Shown piece after piece: positions 51,401 to 64,000 of a stretch of 64,000 nt of DNA (positions are counted from its first letter, which is position 1; each line of letters opens with the position of its first letter). Location of the stretch: positions 1 through 64,000 of the forward strand of contig JYFJ02001961.1 in NCBI GenBank assembly GCA_000934665.2, written 5' to 3'. The notes under the pieces were generated by a model that was not told the DNA's origin, did not search any database, and saw only the letters and a program-made list of their open reading frames with translations. Origin of the DNA: Catajapyx aquilonaris. Taxonomy: Eukaryota. Made by a program: the position numbers and the translations under genes.

Positions 51401-53622
51401 GCCGGGCCATAAGCGGAAGATGGAACGTTTTTGGGGGCCCAGATTCATTTGGTTGGGCCATTTCCACCAAACCTCATAACTCATTTCTGACCCACTTTAC
51501 TGCTCCTCCTTCTCCCTCTCTCCCTTCCTTTCCCCCTCATTCTTCCCCCCCATTCCCTCACCCGCGCACATTTCCATCCAGACTCTTCCTGATTTGGACT
51601 GCACCGTGTATTTTACTCCGAAGGTGACCCACACTTTTTCAGGTTATTAGTTTTTTTTGTTTTTGAATTTTTTTGTATTGTTCAAATGGTATTAAAATAT
51701 CAAATGGATCAAAATGACAGATTAATAAATTAGCCATCATTTTAATGAGCCCCAGTAATATAATATACTACATTCAACAGGACAAACGGTGTCTCTGTGT
51801 CTTTTTAAAATATTTGAAACCATGTAACAACGGACAGCCTACAAAAAATTGTAAACAGTAAAAATAATTCTGTAACAATATAATGGTCTCTGCTACAAAA
51901 TAATAGGGCCTTCGGTCTAACAAGGCAATTCTTGTATAAGCAGCACGCCCGATTTGAACTGGTATGCGCAACTATTTTCAGGTTTTTATGACAGACCGTA
52001 CTGTACGTCCAGCCCCAAGTTCAACGAAGTTAGTGTCATCAATCCCGTGTGAGTGACCTTGCTGCTACTCCTTCGTTGTCTAGGTTGGTTGTTGCCATCC
52101 GGATGTGACAGTTTTTTTTTGTCTTGCGGAAGTGTCTGCATGCGTCACTATGGTTGCAGGTATTTCTTCTACCTGGTCAGGTGATTATTTGAGGAGGTTG
52201 TAACAATATGCCAACAAACTTTTGGAGTGATCGTTAACAAGATAATCACTTTATGTAAGGGGGTTATTGTTTGGTCAATGCATCCTAGTTATTCCCGACA
52301 CATGATAAATATAGCCAACTACAAGTACTTCGGTAACAGGGCTGCAGAGACCAATATATAATGACACCTCTGGGCCATAGAAGTTTGTTGGTGTTATCGT
52401 TATGGAAAACGCTGTATAAAATTATTGCGTTTTTTGCCATTCAGAAGAGCTAACTAATTAATTCCCCATGTGTTGTATTACGTTTAAATTTTGCACCTCT
52501 TGCGTCATGTACAGTACATTAAATGTACGGGTACTGATTTTTCCGATATTGCGTACGGTAAATATTGCATGTTGACATGTTTTCATTCACACTAATGCAT
52601 TTCAATGACTAATGGGAAAGCTGATTATAAAATCTACTGCAAAAACCAGAATTTTCACTATCGTCCAATAACAATGTAACTTATTTCAAAGAAGCTTGAC
52701 ATTCAGTTATGGATGTGATAATTCATGCAGTATACCAACTGCGGAATTAAATGCAATTAGTCTGGAACAAGAGCATCTTTACCCAGCTAATTTCTAACAT
52801 AAGGTGACGTAAAACATTTTAAAGTTACTTCTTGACCTTGGTAAATTAAATAAATTAACTTTAATCGTTGTTAATGATTTAATTTACATTTTCAAAACCC
52901 TGTCCAATAGTTACTGTATACAGGGTAATTCTTCATTGAGAGCATAATATTTAAAGATTTTTGGCGTGGTAATTCGAATAAATGTCTGGTGTACACAAGA
53001 TTTAAAATGATACTGCCACTATATCTATACGGTATTATAATTACCCATTCCATTTTTTTATTCGTCTCTGACCATGCCCTCGACATTATCGAGGTCAACG
53101 TGCCCATGCTGTCGAGATGACAAATCTTCCATCTGCTGAAGGAAGGAGGAACTAGAAGAGCCAGCTCAGGTGGATGCTCGAGATATAAAACCCTTCACCA
53201 TCTTGATTCCCGTCATATTTCCAATGCAAGTACTTGTAGTTAGTACCGTACAAAGCATGGAATTTTTGCTAGTATTTTGCACTTTTTTTCAGTTAGCAGG
53301 TTATTTTACGGAGCTCGTGATGGCACATGGATGAGGGTGAGTAGAACAGTTTCTTATCTTCGAACAACAATAAAACGGTCAGTTCCCTTTATAAATGGAG
53401 GTTCACAGGTCAACGTTTGTTTATCACATCTTAATGACACAGCATAAAAATGGAAAGAGGTGTCCACTTTCTCACGGTGATTGCAAACTATAGCTCAGGG
53501 TTCCAATTGCATGAAAATAATTTTGCAGGTCATGGCAGTACAAAGTGCAGGGGTCACCGGGCATGGGATGGCAATAACCTCATTCTCTCTACATCCAAGC
53601 GGTAATCCAAGTCTGCTGTTAA

Positions 53623-54098
53623 GGCATTCACATACACGCGAATAAACACATTCTAGCGATTTTCACGGTTTGCTATTTCGTTTCTCCTACGTGACGAATC
53701 TAGCGGGATGCGAATTTTTCGTAACTCGCAGACAGATTTCCAGGGCATTCACGTACTTGTATTAGCGATACGACGAAGCGAATTTCAGCCCTGCCGCAAG
53801 GCCCGATGGGAGAACAAGACGGTCGGAATGCGGCCCTCCCAGCCCCCCATTGGCCGCACACGGTCACGTGGTCTCCAAGCAGTTATTCGCATCATAAAAA
53901 TCGCATACAAAAATTCGCTTCTATCTAGCTCTGACAGACGGGCGCGATTTTGTGTTTAGACGAGCGAATAACCAAAATTCGCTCGCGTCCTCAGGAAAAC
54001 GCCTATATGTGAATGCCTTTGGTCAGAAGCGAATTCGCTGAAAGCTGAAATTCGCTCGCTTTTGATGCTTTTTCGCATACCGTATATGTGAACGCACC
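53623..54098. mobile_element. PIF/Harbinger-like MITE
   Basis: TAA|GGCATTCACATA with complementary ends TATGTGAATGCCTT (about 54006) and TATGTGAACGCACC|TTA; internal GCGAAT/ATTCGC repeats. Confidence 0.6.
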
Positions 54099-54109
54099 TT
54101 ATGTCTATG

Positions 54110-54652
54110 AGGCACGTTACACGGCAGGTTTGTATCGCTTTTCAGGAGCCGCTTCGTGTAGAGCGCTTCATCACTGTCGTGTAACTTGTGCTAAAGCGCT
54201 TCAAAACTCGAAGCGACGTTCGCTAGCGCATTAAGATAAACTACCTTGTTTGTACAATCGCTTCAAGGGATTAGAAGCGGGTTAAGCCTGCCGTGTAACT
54301 GGACGACCCTTCAAGTGTCTTTGCAGCTATTGGGAAAACTACATAACCACTAAATAGGCAACGCTGCTCCCAATAGCTCACAACTCCAGAAGGGGTGGGA
54401 ATTGGAAGGAGGTGGGGGAGGTGGGCTAAGGTGCTCCAAGACCTCTAGGGTAACTCCCTACTGAAATCGCTCAGAATTAATGCGGTTTAAGGGGAAGCGA
54501 TACCAATCTGACGTGTAACGTGCCTCTAGGTAGTTTATCATAAAGCGCTAGCGAGTTTTGAAGCGCTTTAGCACAAGTTACACGACAGCGATGGATCGCT
54601 CTAGGCGAAGCGGCTCCCTGACAAGCGATACAAAACTGCCGTGTAACGTCCC
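54110..54652. mobile_element. Foldback-like MITE cluster with about 130-bp inverted arms
   Basis: 54110-54246 is complementary to 54528-54652; extra right-end motifs CTG(C/A)CGTGTAAC near 54288 and 54508. Confidence 0.75.
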
Positions 54653-55301
54653 TCCTGGTGATTATCTTGAACTGTGGGCACATTGAAGGTCACTGGTTTT
54701 CTTTCTGAATTGGGCCTTGCCCCTTATGCCCTACCACACGCAGGTCAAGCGTGGCACATGGGATGCCGTCGATCTAGGATAACTTAAACTGCCTAAGGCG
54801 TTGCCATCTCGATGCCTACTTCTGTGTGCATGGACATTCCCAAGAAAATGCTAGCAGAAAGACAGCTCCAGCTTCTTCTTTAGCTGCGAATATTGGGAGA
54901 CGGAAAAGGGATGGCGTCATCAAGGTCTCCCTTTTCCTCCTACCCTCCTTTCCCTCTTCCATGGCGACTTTCAAATTTTCCCCCAAACCTCCGGATTGGA
55001 AAACCTTTCTCATGTTAGGTAATCGCTTAAATCAATCCTGTGAGCTGTGGAATGGGGTATCGAACATCCACAGCAGGCCCCGGATTTCCCCTCTCTATCT
55101 CTTTCTCCATCCAAAGCCCGCAGCCTCTTTCAACCGCCACCATTCATCCCGGGATTATTCTCAATACTTTCTTACCATGTCCGCATCCCAATCATCATGC
55201 AAGGAAGGACCACCAGTTTTCAAACAAATGGCCGACAATAGTTTAATTGCTCACTTATCACCCCCCAACAATGTAGTGTGATTATAATATGTGTGGAGTT
55301 T

Positions 55302-55359
55302 GTACTGCATTCTTACATACAAACCACCTATAGGTGGTTTGTATGTAAGAATGCAGTAC
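55302..55359. repeat. Perfect 58-bp spacerless palindrome
   Basis: GTACTGCATTCTTACATACAAACCACCTA|TAGGTGGTTTGTATGTAAGAATGCAGTAC. Confidence 0.95.
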
Positions 55360-56756
55360 TTCCTTCTCCACCTTCCCCACCATCTCTCCCTATAAACGTC
55401 AGGATCAGAGGCTGGGAGCGGATGGAGACCTAAGGGTCCGGCGCCCGGATTCCGCCGCAAGTGGCCGGACCCTATTACGCGACCCACCCACCCCCTATTT
55501 TAAGACATTATGCTATCGATTGCCCATTGATTTTTTTTTCATTTTCTCCCTCCGCACATAGCTCCACAGCTCCTATTCTGAACCAGGAGGGTAAGGGGAG
55601 GACGGACATCCAGCGGGATCTCCGGGCCTTTGCTCCCGGATTTTTTTTTTCTCGTTCCCCTCGTTTTTTTTTTGTTCAGACGCCAAGTTCATTTCTATAC
55701 CCTTATGCAACCGAACGTGGTACAGGTCATCCAGCTCCATCGCCCTAAAAACCTGATTAGGGCCCGGAATCAGTAGTAATGTGAGGGACTATTAGGATCA
55801 TTAGCAGGCTTTGATTGACGTTAAGCACCCATCTGAGAATTGGTCTCTGGCCCCTTGCTGGATGGGGACTCGCGGACGGCCAATTCTTCTTTTGGTCGCG
55901 GCACTGATGTATAGTCCAGGACGAGTCATCCCTGCATGGGCGACGATGCCGTTTGTTGTGCATTGAAGGCGGATGCCGCATGATGGATCTGCCGTAGTTC
56001 CTGGCGACGCATGTCTACACCTCATTAAGCATGGGTTTCCCTCCAGAAAAACCAGGCTCAGATTCAAATCGGCTGCGGAAGCTATTGGTAGCTATCGGTA
56101 GTATCGGCTGTAGACAACATTGGGCGTGCTGCAGTGGTCGTCTTGTAGGTGTGGGTGTGTGTGTGTGTGTGTGTGTGGAGGGGGTTAGGAGGGGAAGAAT
56201 GAGAGAGGAGGTAGTCAGGGTGTGGGGGTGGAAGGGAATATGGGCTGTCGCATCAGCAACTTCTCGAGCGGTGGTGACAGGGGCGGTGGGTCCCCAGAGG
56301 TCCATCTTGCCCCGGGCTTACGGCACCGTCGGCCCGGAAGCGTCCCCTCGGGGGCCTGTTTCGTCATCCTCCCACTGACCACTCGATTAGGCCTCCATTT
56401 CCCCGGGATTTGCCCGGATGACCGCCAGCATAAAAACCCGCGCTCGGGGCCAGCCGTAAAATGATAAGCGTGACTGGGAACTCGCCAAGGGGAGGGAGGA
56501 AGGGAGAAAAAGGGAGTGAGAGAAGGACCCAGAGGGAAGGAGGGGGCAGAGAAAAGCATCAAAAAAGAGGGGTCTGAAACACGTACCATACACTAGATTG
56601 GGTGTTCCTAAACTGAATTGGCCGAATTACCGACGATAATAAATCGGGCATTGTAGCCTCAAAGGCCTGACCAAAAAAAAACAACATTTGCCATATTGGA
56701 TTTGTAGCAATAACCAAATATTTTTATGGAAGCTGTCACTCCACGAAGAACTGTCT

Positions 56757-56928
56757 ATGTTTGTCACTGAAGGTTCCTAAATGTCCAACATATTAGGGTG
56801 TCCAACTTCACATGTTTCACTGTATATGCAAGATATCTGACCAAAGTATCCGGCATGTTGGACACTGAAGGTTACAAAAATGTCCAATATATTAGGGTGT
56901 CCAACTTCACATATATGCAAGTATCTGG
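56757..56928. repeat. Imperfect tandem duplication, period about 100 bp
   Basis: CACTGAAGGTT...AAATGTCCAA.ATATTAGGGTGTCCAACTTCACAT...TATGCAAG occurs twice. Confidence 0.8.
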
Positions 56929-58373
56929 CAGACTTGAAATGCGGCATTCTATAGCCACAGATAGCCAAAATTCAGAAAAGTCTAGTTGGGCAGACTATAG
57001 TATAAAGAACGTGGCAGTTCTGGCGATTCCGAAAGAAAGCCATTGAGAAACAAGGAGGGCAGTTAATGGGGGTAAAGATGACAAATCAGAGGAATGGAGC
57101 CGGGAAAGGGAGGGAAATGGACAAAGAGGGGACGGATCGATAGCCTTAATCTAATGCAGTCGATACTGTATGATAAGCAGAGGGGAAGGAAGGAAGAGCG
57201 TGTTTGCGCCATTTCTTTGTGGCACTCCCTTATTTATATGCAGCCAGGTCACTTCCTGCGTCCCTATAAACCACTGCCTGCCAATACTAGCTTGCTCTCA
57301 TAATTTTCCTAATCTTGTCCAGTATTCCAGCCAGCGTCTATATAGAGAGGGGACATGGTGCGTTAAAAGTGCGTCTTTCAGGCAGGTATGGAGGAAGCGG
57401 ATGGGGCTGTCGGAGGAAAGCTGGTTATAGGCCTAGACTGTCCCAATTTATGACCGGCGCTGGGGTAGCCTATCAAGGAAGGAAGGCAGCCAAGAAGAGA
57501 TTGCCGCGAATATGTCAGGGGTTTGAAGCGCAAGTGAATCCTAGATGATGGAAAGGGGCCTCCCTCGTCGCATAAAGGCCCCACTGGCATCCTTCACCCA
57601 TCCAGCTCTTGCCATGGAAAGAGGGAAGGAGGGAGGGAACAAGAAAGTAATAATAAAAAATAAGAGAGCGAAGGAGATAGAAAAGAGAGAAGGAGAGGAG
57701 CAAGATCTAATGGGAAGGGCCCATTTGGTATTCCGGGCGCCTCATCCCAGAAGCCCTACCACCCGCCTGGAAGATTTTTTCACAAGCCCTTCAAAGGCGC
57801 CTGACTGGATTTCTTTTCTCCGGATGGCATCTTACAGATGCTTCGCTTTTGATCTCCTTCAATTTCCTGATCGCACACCGGCCTGCCAACCACTTCGTGT
57901 CACTCACCATCACGCACCTTCAGCACCCTCCTTGCACTGGCTATCATGCGGTCCTTGGGTTTGTAATTGCCTTCGACTACATCGGATGTTGCACTCAATT
58001 GCTTTAATTGTCGAGATTTAAGTCACTGATGCATGTAGCAGGTTCGTTAAACTATTGCGGGTAGGTCTCAATTAGGGTTATTTATTTTTCTTGGATAGCA
58101 TACTGTGTAACATCATATTTTTTGTGCAAAAAATTCTCGTGGAGTGGAGTCATTCAGCTGGAGCGTGAAGTTCAGGGTATGGAAATATCTGTGATTGAAC
58201 TATTAAGAAATATATCGTATCTGCCACCAGAAGTTTTACACGTTTATAAGGTTCAAAAAGCAAACAGATAGAATTAATTCAATATATAATTATAATATAA
58301 TTAATCACATAAATTTTAAAACCTGTTTTTGCTTCGGCACAGTCGCTTCGGCGGTACATACATATATATATAT

Positions 58374-59260
58374 TAGGGTGGAGTGAAAAAAGTCAAATTT
58401 TTTTTTTCGGAAACGGGTACCCTTCAATGACTGTGTATGAGACCTAGTAACAATTCTGTAAAATTTTGAATTTTTACAACGTCATCTTGAGTCTGCACAT
58501 TTGGCTTAAAGTTTGAAAATTTTTGAAATTTTTTATATTCTTACAAAAAAAATTAAGTTCTTGAAACAAAAAAAACCCTCCCGGGTATAGTCACTAAATA
58601 GTTGAACAAGGCCTGAAATATAGACATGATTTTTTAAAACACTTTTAGGTGGTGGTTTCAGTCTGCACATGAGGCTTAAACTTATCCAAATATTCGTAAA
58701 TGTCTGATATTTTTAACGTCTTATAACACAGCGCAACAAAAAAAACTTTCGGCGTATTACTCGGAAATCACTATGTAGATCATGTTAGTAGGACCCAAAG
58801 TAGCTGGGAAACGCCCGGGATTTCTGTCCCAAAATGTGCAGGGGGTCAGGGTGACCAAAAATCCGAAAAATTCAAAATATTGACGTTTTTTGGCCTATTT
58901 CCAGGTCTGGCAACCACTGTAAGTTTCGGATTTTATTTTTGCTGGAATTAGGTGTTACCTGGGTCTAGTCTGAAGCCACTATGGTGTTTAAAGTCAATCT
59001 TTTATAGAAACTGTGGTTTTCCAGGGTCCTTTTTATGGAAAAAAAATCCGTTTTTTGGTACTTTTACGTCAATTTTTGGGGAACAGTGTATGGACTTTTA
59101 TTTTTTAAAAAAAGTGTAGCGTAATGGGCTCTTTAGAGACCCTACAATCAAGGTATAATGGTAGAACTTTCCTATGCAACCCTAGTACGCATGTGCAAAA
59201 GCCTAATCTTGGGTAAAATCGCGCTTTTTCGCATTTTTGGTGATTTGACTTTTTTCAACA
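58374..59260. mobile_element. Probable non-autonomous DNA transposon (about 0.9 kb)
   Basis: TGAAAAAAGTCAAA near 58384 is complementary to TTTGACTTTTTTCA near 59244; interior rich in A/T tracts; (TA)n on the left flank. Confidence 0.4.
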
Positions 59261-59463
59261 TTTAAAACCAAATATTCCTCGGCCTTAAAATAAATGAATT
59301 CTTCTTAGTCTAGCAAACTGTCAGGGATCCCCATAGTATGGAAAAAGACTACGATTTCCATAAGCAACCCATGTACGCGTGTATTTTTTTTGTACGCGTA
59401 CGCGTACATGGGTTGCTTATGGTGAGTATAATTATGATGAGTGTATATATTGTACGTACAGTA

Positions 59464-59610
59464 CTATGGGGCTCAATTGTTTTGGCCACTTTATCCTGGC
59501 CTTGAAGCAACCCTTCACACACACACCCACACCTGCTCACCGTGCTGGGGCCTTTACGAAGGCTTGCTTCTAGACCAGGATAATGTGGCCAAAACAATTT
59601 GAGCCCCATA
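59464..59610. mobile_element. Hairpin MITE family A, copy 3 (opposite orientation)
   Basis: Same TIRs; CA-rich spacer. Confidence 0.85.
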
Positions 59611-59728
59611 TACGTACCTAGGTTTATTCTGCAAAAAGGACATGTAAATGCTTTATTGACACTTATTTTGAACATGCATAAGTCGCCCTTACTTTTACGG
59701 CAGTGAACATCGAAAGTTCCTTTATATA

Positions 59729-59831
59729 CCGTATTTACGCGCATATAAGACGCACACGCGTATAAGACGCACCCTACTTTTTGAGCTATAAAAATCGGAA
59801 AAAGGTGCGTCTTATATGCGCGTAAATACGG
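59729..59831. mobile_element. 103-bp pogo-like MITE
   Basis: TA|CCGTATTTACGCGCATATAAGACGCAC ... GTGCGTCTTATATGCGCGTAAATACGG|TA, perfect 27-bp TIR. Confidence 0.88.
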
Positions 59832-60001
59832 TATTTAAAAATGTTCCGACGTGCCCCACTTCATTTTATACAGTACCGTATCAAAAACGTGGCATGCCTC
59901 CCGTTTAATTAATACAGTTATTGTACTGGTAATCTAAATTTGACATCTTTAGGCAGGAAAGACATCCTAGCAATCATATATGTTATACTGTTATAGTAAT
60001 C

Positions 60002-60002
<1 letters not shown>

Positions 60003-60036
<34 letters not shown>
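60003..60036. repeat. (ATT)n microsatellite
   Basis: About 11 units. Confidence 0.9.
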
Positions 60037-60764
60037 GAGATTGCATGTTTCCAACACTAATCTATAACAAGCCCCTTACTGACAGGTCCCCTCTTGGACA
60101 CACCCCATATTGTACTAACACAGCATCCCGTGTATCATGTTCATACATACCAATTACGCTGCCCACTCGAGATGTCCATGGCTTTAAAGCCATCGTGCAC
60201 GCAATGCTAATGAAGTCCAGACACTTTTGGCCTAGCCTACATTTCGATCCCCTCTTTTCTCTCCCCCTATACCCTCCCTTCGTGTGGTCGAGAAGGGGCA
60301 GGAAGAGGGGGATGATAGAATGAATATCCCGAGAAAATTCCTTAGTTGCACTCCACCCCTAACGCTATGCCACCCTTATCTGCTCAGCGTACAGATCGCC
60401 TTGTTTGTTCAACAGCACATGGCATGTTTAATGGCATCGCCTGTTTGCACTGTCTAAAGTCTCTTTTTGGTCTTTCCAGCTTCAACCCGGAATCATTACA
60501 GCGGATGAAGCCTCATTTGCATTCTTTACATTGCCTTTCTGGAGCTATACATCAAGTAAGTGGACATTGCGGTTCATGTAAGCTGGACCTATAACTAGCC
60601 AGATTGGTCGATACCATGTTATTAAGATATCATGCAGCATTTTTATAGGACGAACAAAGGTTAGTGAGATTGTAATAGAGAAAGTGGGTATTGTACTTCA
60701 ATGCGCGGAGCTGACATGACGCGGCGTTTCTGTCGTTCTGTATGCTGTGTACATTCCGAATGTA

Positions 60765-60906
60765 CTATGGGGCTCAAATTGTTTTGGCCACTTTATCCTG
60801 GTCTTGAAGCAACCCTTGACACACACACACCTGCTCAACGTGGAGCCTGTGCGAAGGGTAGCTTCAAGACCAGGATAAAGTGGCCAAAACAATTTGAGCC
60901 CCATAG
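60765..60906. mobile_element. Hairpin MITE family A, copy 4
   Basis: 53-bp TIRs with one mismatch, TA-flanked. Confidence 0.9.
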
Positions 60907-63900
60907 TACGTAGCATAGAACGATATAGTCAGAAGCAACAGTCTTGATAAGTGAATGTGAATGTTGCTTACTGACATGAATCTGCATGTATAGTCCGTGC
61001 ATTCCAGATCTTTAATCTGATTCTTTGCGGGGCCAGCCAAGTGCGGATGATCTGCAGAAATCAGACATTGGTCTGGTGCATCCAGTTCCCCCACCTAACC
61101 CCGCCACCCCCGCCACCCACATCCTTCCTTTGACCGAGAAAAATGCGAGAGTCTATCTGTGTGTCCCCCTCTCTTCGGCCTTACTGCGGTTTATCGGGAG
61201 AATTGGGGATGCTGACCGCTCTCTTTGTTGAAAAGGCAACAGAGCAGAAGGAACAGAAGACTGCTGTCAGACGTGTTACCAAGTCAACAAGATCTCATTC
61301 CGCCTTTCCCCTTGGATTCCCCCCCACCCGCCCCTCCTATCCCTCCTCGCCCTTCTACACTCCAACTTTGTCCAGTTCCAGCTTCAAGTCTGCTTCCAGA
61401 GAAGGGGAAGAGGAAGGAAACATTTCATTGGAAAATGCGAAACATGCCAGAAGTGCATCATGGTTCTTGTACTGCTGACTTTTTTCTGATAAATCCACCT
61501 CTGATACTTGTTGTATGTTGGACAGTCAGTCAATTGTCCTGCAGGTTGCGACTCAGGCCATATTGAGGACACGTCGTGTATATAGTGTGGGCAGATGACA
61601 TGGGGGGGGGGGGNGGGGAAGCCGGGTAGGGGAAGAGTGGAAAGGCGGACGCAGCGGCAACATTGATGTGCAGCAATCTGTTTAATCGCTCCATTGGCCA
61701 AACGCAAAAGGGAAAGCAATCTCGGGCCGGCTCTTATCCGGCAGCCTGATCGGGCCCTTTGCACATCGATTAGCCCTCATTAGCATACAAGGCCATTAAC
61801 AGGCTCGTTTCAACCCGCCCCTGAATCGGATTTTCCTCCTGTTTCCCCCCACCCCTTCCGACTTCTAAGCCTCATCCCACAAATTAATAATGTCACCAAT
61901 CGCACTCTGCAAGGCGCTTTCATTGCGTGTCCTAACCGCCGACTCAAAAAGCAATCGGTCGTTGAGGTTGAGGATCATATTGTCCCTAGGAAGAGATGCA
62001 AGTGACCAGTTGGTGAGTTGTGGTTTCTTATGGGGAGTTGGAAAAGGTGATTAGGCTGGTTGCCAGAAGAAGGAAGACTGGTCTTCTCCCATCCCCTCCA
62101 TCCCCCTACTGCTATCCTATTCTAAGTAGGTGGCAGGCCGGTACATCGATCGGGGGCGGCCAGTGGCCAAAGTCGACCCACTGGGTGGCCAGTCGCCTCC
62201 GCCGACAGATTAAGACCCATAAAAGCTGGCTGAAGAAGGCAGTGGTTACCATTCACGCTGTGTCAACTTATGCCAACCAGATTAATACAGTGCGGATATT
62301 ATCTGGAACGTTAATGAAAATAATTTCCGTTGTCAAAATCTCTCCAAATGTAAACTGGTATGACCCATGGCAATTCCTTTGTTGCTCTGATTGCTTCAAT
62401 CGCCTCAAATCTTGGCAAACGTTGGAGTACCGACTATAGGCCTTGAAAAAACTATGTTCCACAAATTGCTATGTCAGCTATACACTAGCCCAATAAAGCA
62501 CATTCAATGCTGTTCATTATAGGACCATATCGGACTGGCCTCTGTTTAGCCTTTATGAGGAGGTAGCTGGTCATTTGGTGGCCCTTCATTTCCGACCCTA
62601 ATCACTCCACATAATCTACGACTTTTTTGGAGGGGTGGACCGGGAGGGTTCTTCCTTCCTTCCTTCCTTTCCTGCCTTCCTTCTTTTCTATTCAGCCGGT
62701 ACCAATTACTCATCCCCACCATCACTTGTCATCTAGCTCCCCCAAGAGGAACGTTGCTCCAAATTGCTGTCTCACACTCTCTCGCTCGCTCTTTCATTCT
62801 ACAACCACCCCGCAACTTCTATAAAATAATCATATGTGCGATTTTTTTTTCTCGGATTTTGTGAACAACAGGAGCCTTCCAAAAAAAGATAATTGAATTG
62901 CTAGGAGAAAAGGCGGAGAAAGAATTAAGCGAGAGGCTGAGAAGAAGTGGGTTTGGAACGGCTCATTTGGCCAGACAGCCTCCAAATTGGATGCAGCCGA
63001 GCATCCCATCCCATTACTTAGCGCCACCCACCCACCTATCCACCCGTACCTAACCTGACTACACTCCTGTGCACCTGCGTGGCTGGACTGCTAGACTATC
63101 ATGATTCAGTATGGACTAATCAAAAACGGGATTTTTGGCGATTATTTTTGGTACCCTACATAGCGACGTAGAGAATCCTTACAATACAATGCAATATATA
63201 AAATGCGTCCTTGCTTATCTCCCTCCGGTATGAAAACAGGCTGGTCAAAGCTATTCCGATTCATGTCCATGTTGTTGTCGGAGTGATCAGAAGTGCATTG
63301 GTCGGTCATCCGCGGGGAAGCCTTCTGCCCATCAAGTTAGAGGTGCATGTACAGGGTGTACTATCCTGTTCATATTGTCATTCTTTTTACTATTTACATA
63401 CAGACGCTGCCATCCTACGAGACGATCGTCTGCCTGCCCCTTGCCCCATCGGACAACTAACACCGCTGGAAAGTAAGGTAGTGACCACGGGTAGTGACAG
63501 ACACGAGAAACGCCCCACTCGGACCCAACAATGGTCCAACAGAAAACACGTTCATATTCACACACACTCGTCTTGTGAAGGGTTTGGTTCGGGGCATCAG
63601 TGAGTTGCGTTGATGCATAAAACGTCTCTCTTCACACGTGCTGTGTGTGAATATTAATTTCACGTTTCCAGGTTTGTACCAATCGGCCAAGTCTTGCGGA
63701 CAATAATATTATTGGTAGATAGGTTAGGAACAATTGTCCGTGCGATAGGCCTATTTGGCTTAAAGGCAGGTAGCTTCAATCAGGATCATGCACACGGCGG
63801 CTATACACCGAGGGGGGGGGGGGGGNGGGGGGTGAATAAGCGCACACTTCCACCTGGAAAGTACTCGGGTCAAATGTCGGAGGATCGGTTTTGGTTTCCT

Positions 63901-64000
63901 CTCTAGTAGGCTACGACCGTCTGGTGAGATTGCTATTAATACCACTACGAGAAAAACGTATCGGCCAGTCTAATTGGAAATAGCATTCACTGTATTTTGT

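Noticed and set aside
60698..60916. Recurring ORFs containing MGLKLFWPLYPGLEA
   Set aside because: Translations of MITE family A inverted repeats, not a gene family

Overview
Animal (arthropod-like) nuclear DNA with two protein-coding genes, both on the + strand. (1) An intron-rich ionotropic receptor (IR, variant iGluR family) at 2691-7625, reconstructed as 11 exons in consistent phase (2001 nt, about 666 aa). (2) A large-Maf bZIP transcription factor (traffic jam/MafA-like) with two coding exons (26642-27619 and 37660-38280, 532 aa) split by a 10,040-nt intron. The rest has no recognisable coding sequence and holds tRNA-derived SINEs (two with target-site duplications, one V-SINE-like), many MITEs (hAT, Tc1/mariner/pogo, Harbinger-like, AATT-flanked), GTAC-ended palindromic elements and microsatellites. 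The best lead is that the Maf ORF ends SPEFYL-TGA-C and continues in frame for 36 codons whose internal repeat varies mainly at synonymous positions. This suggests programmed stop-codon readthrough, as known for Drosophila traffic jam. All gene models were read by eye; no database searches or folding were run.
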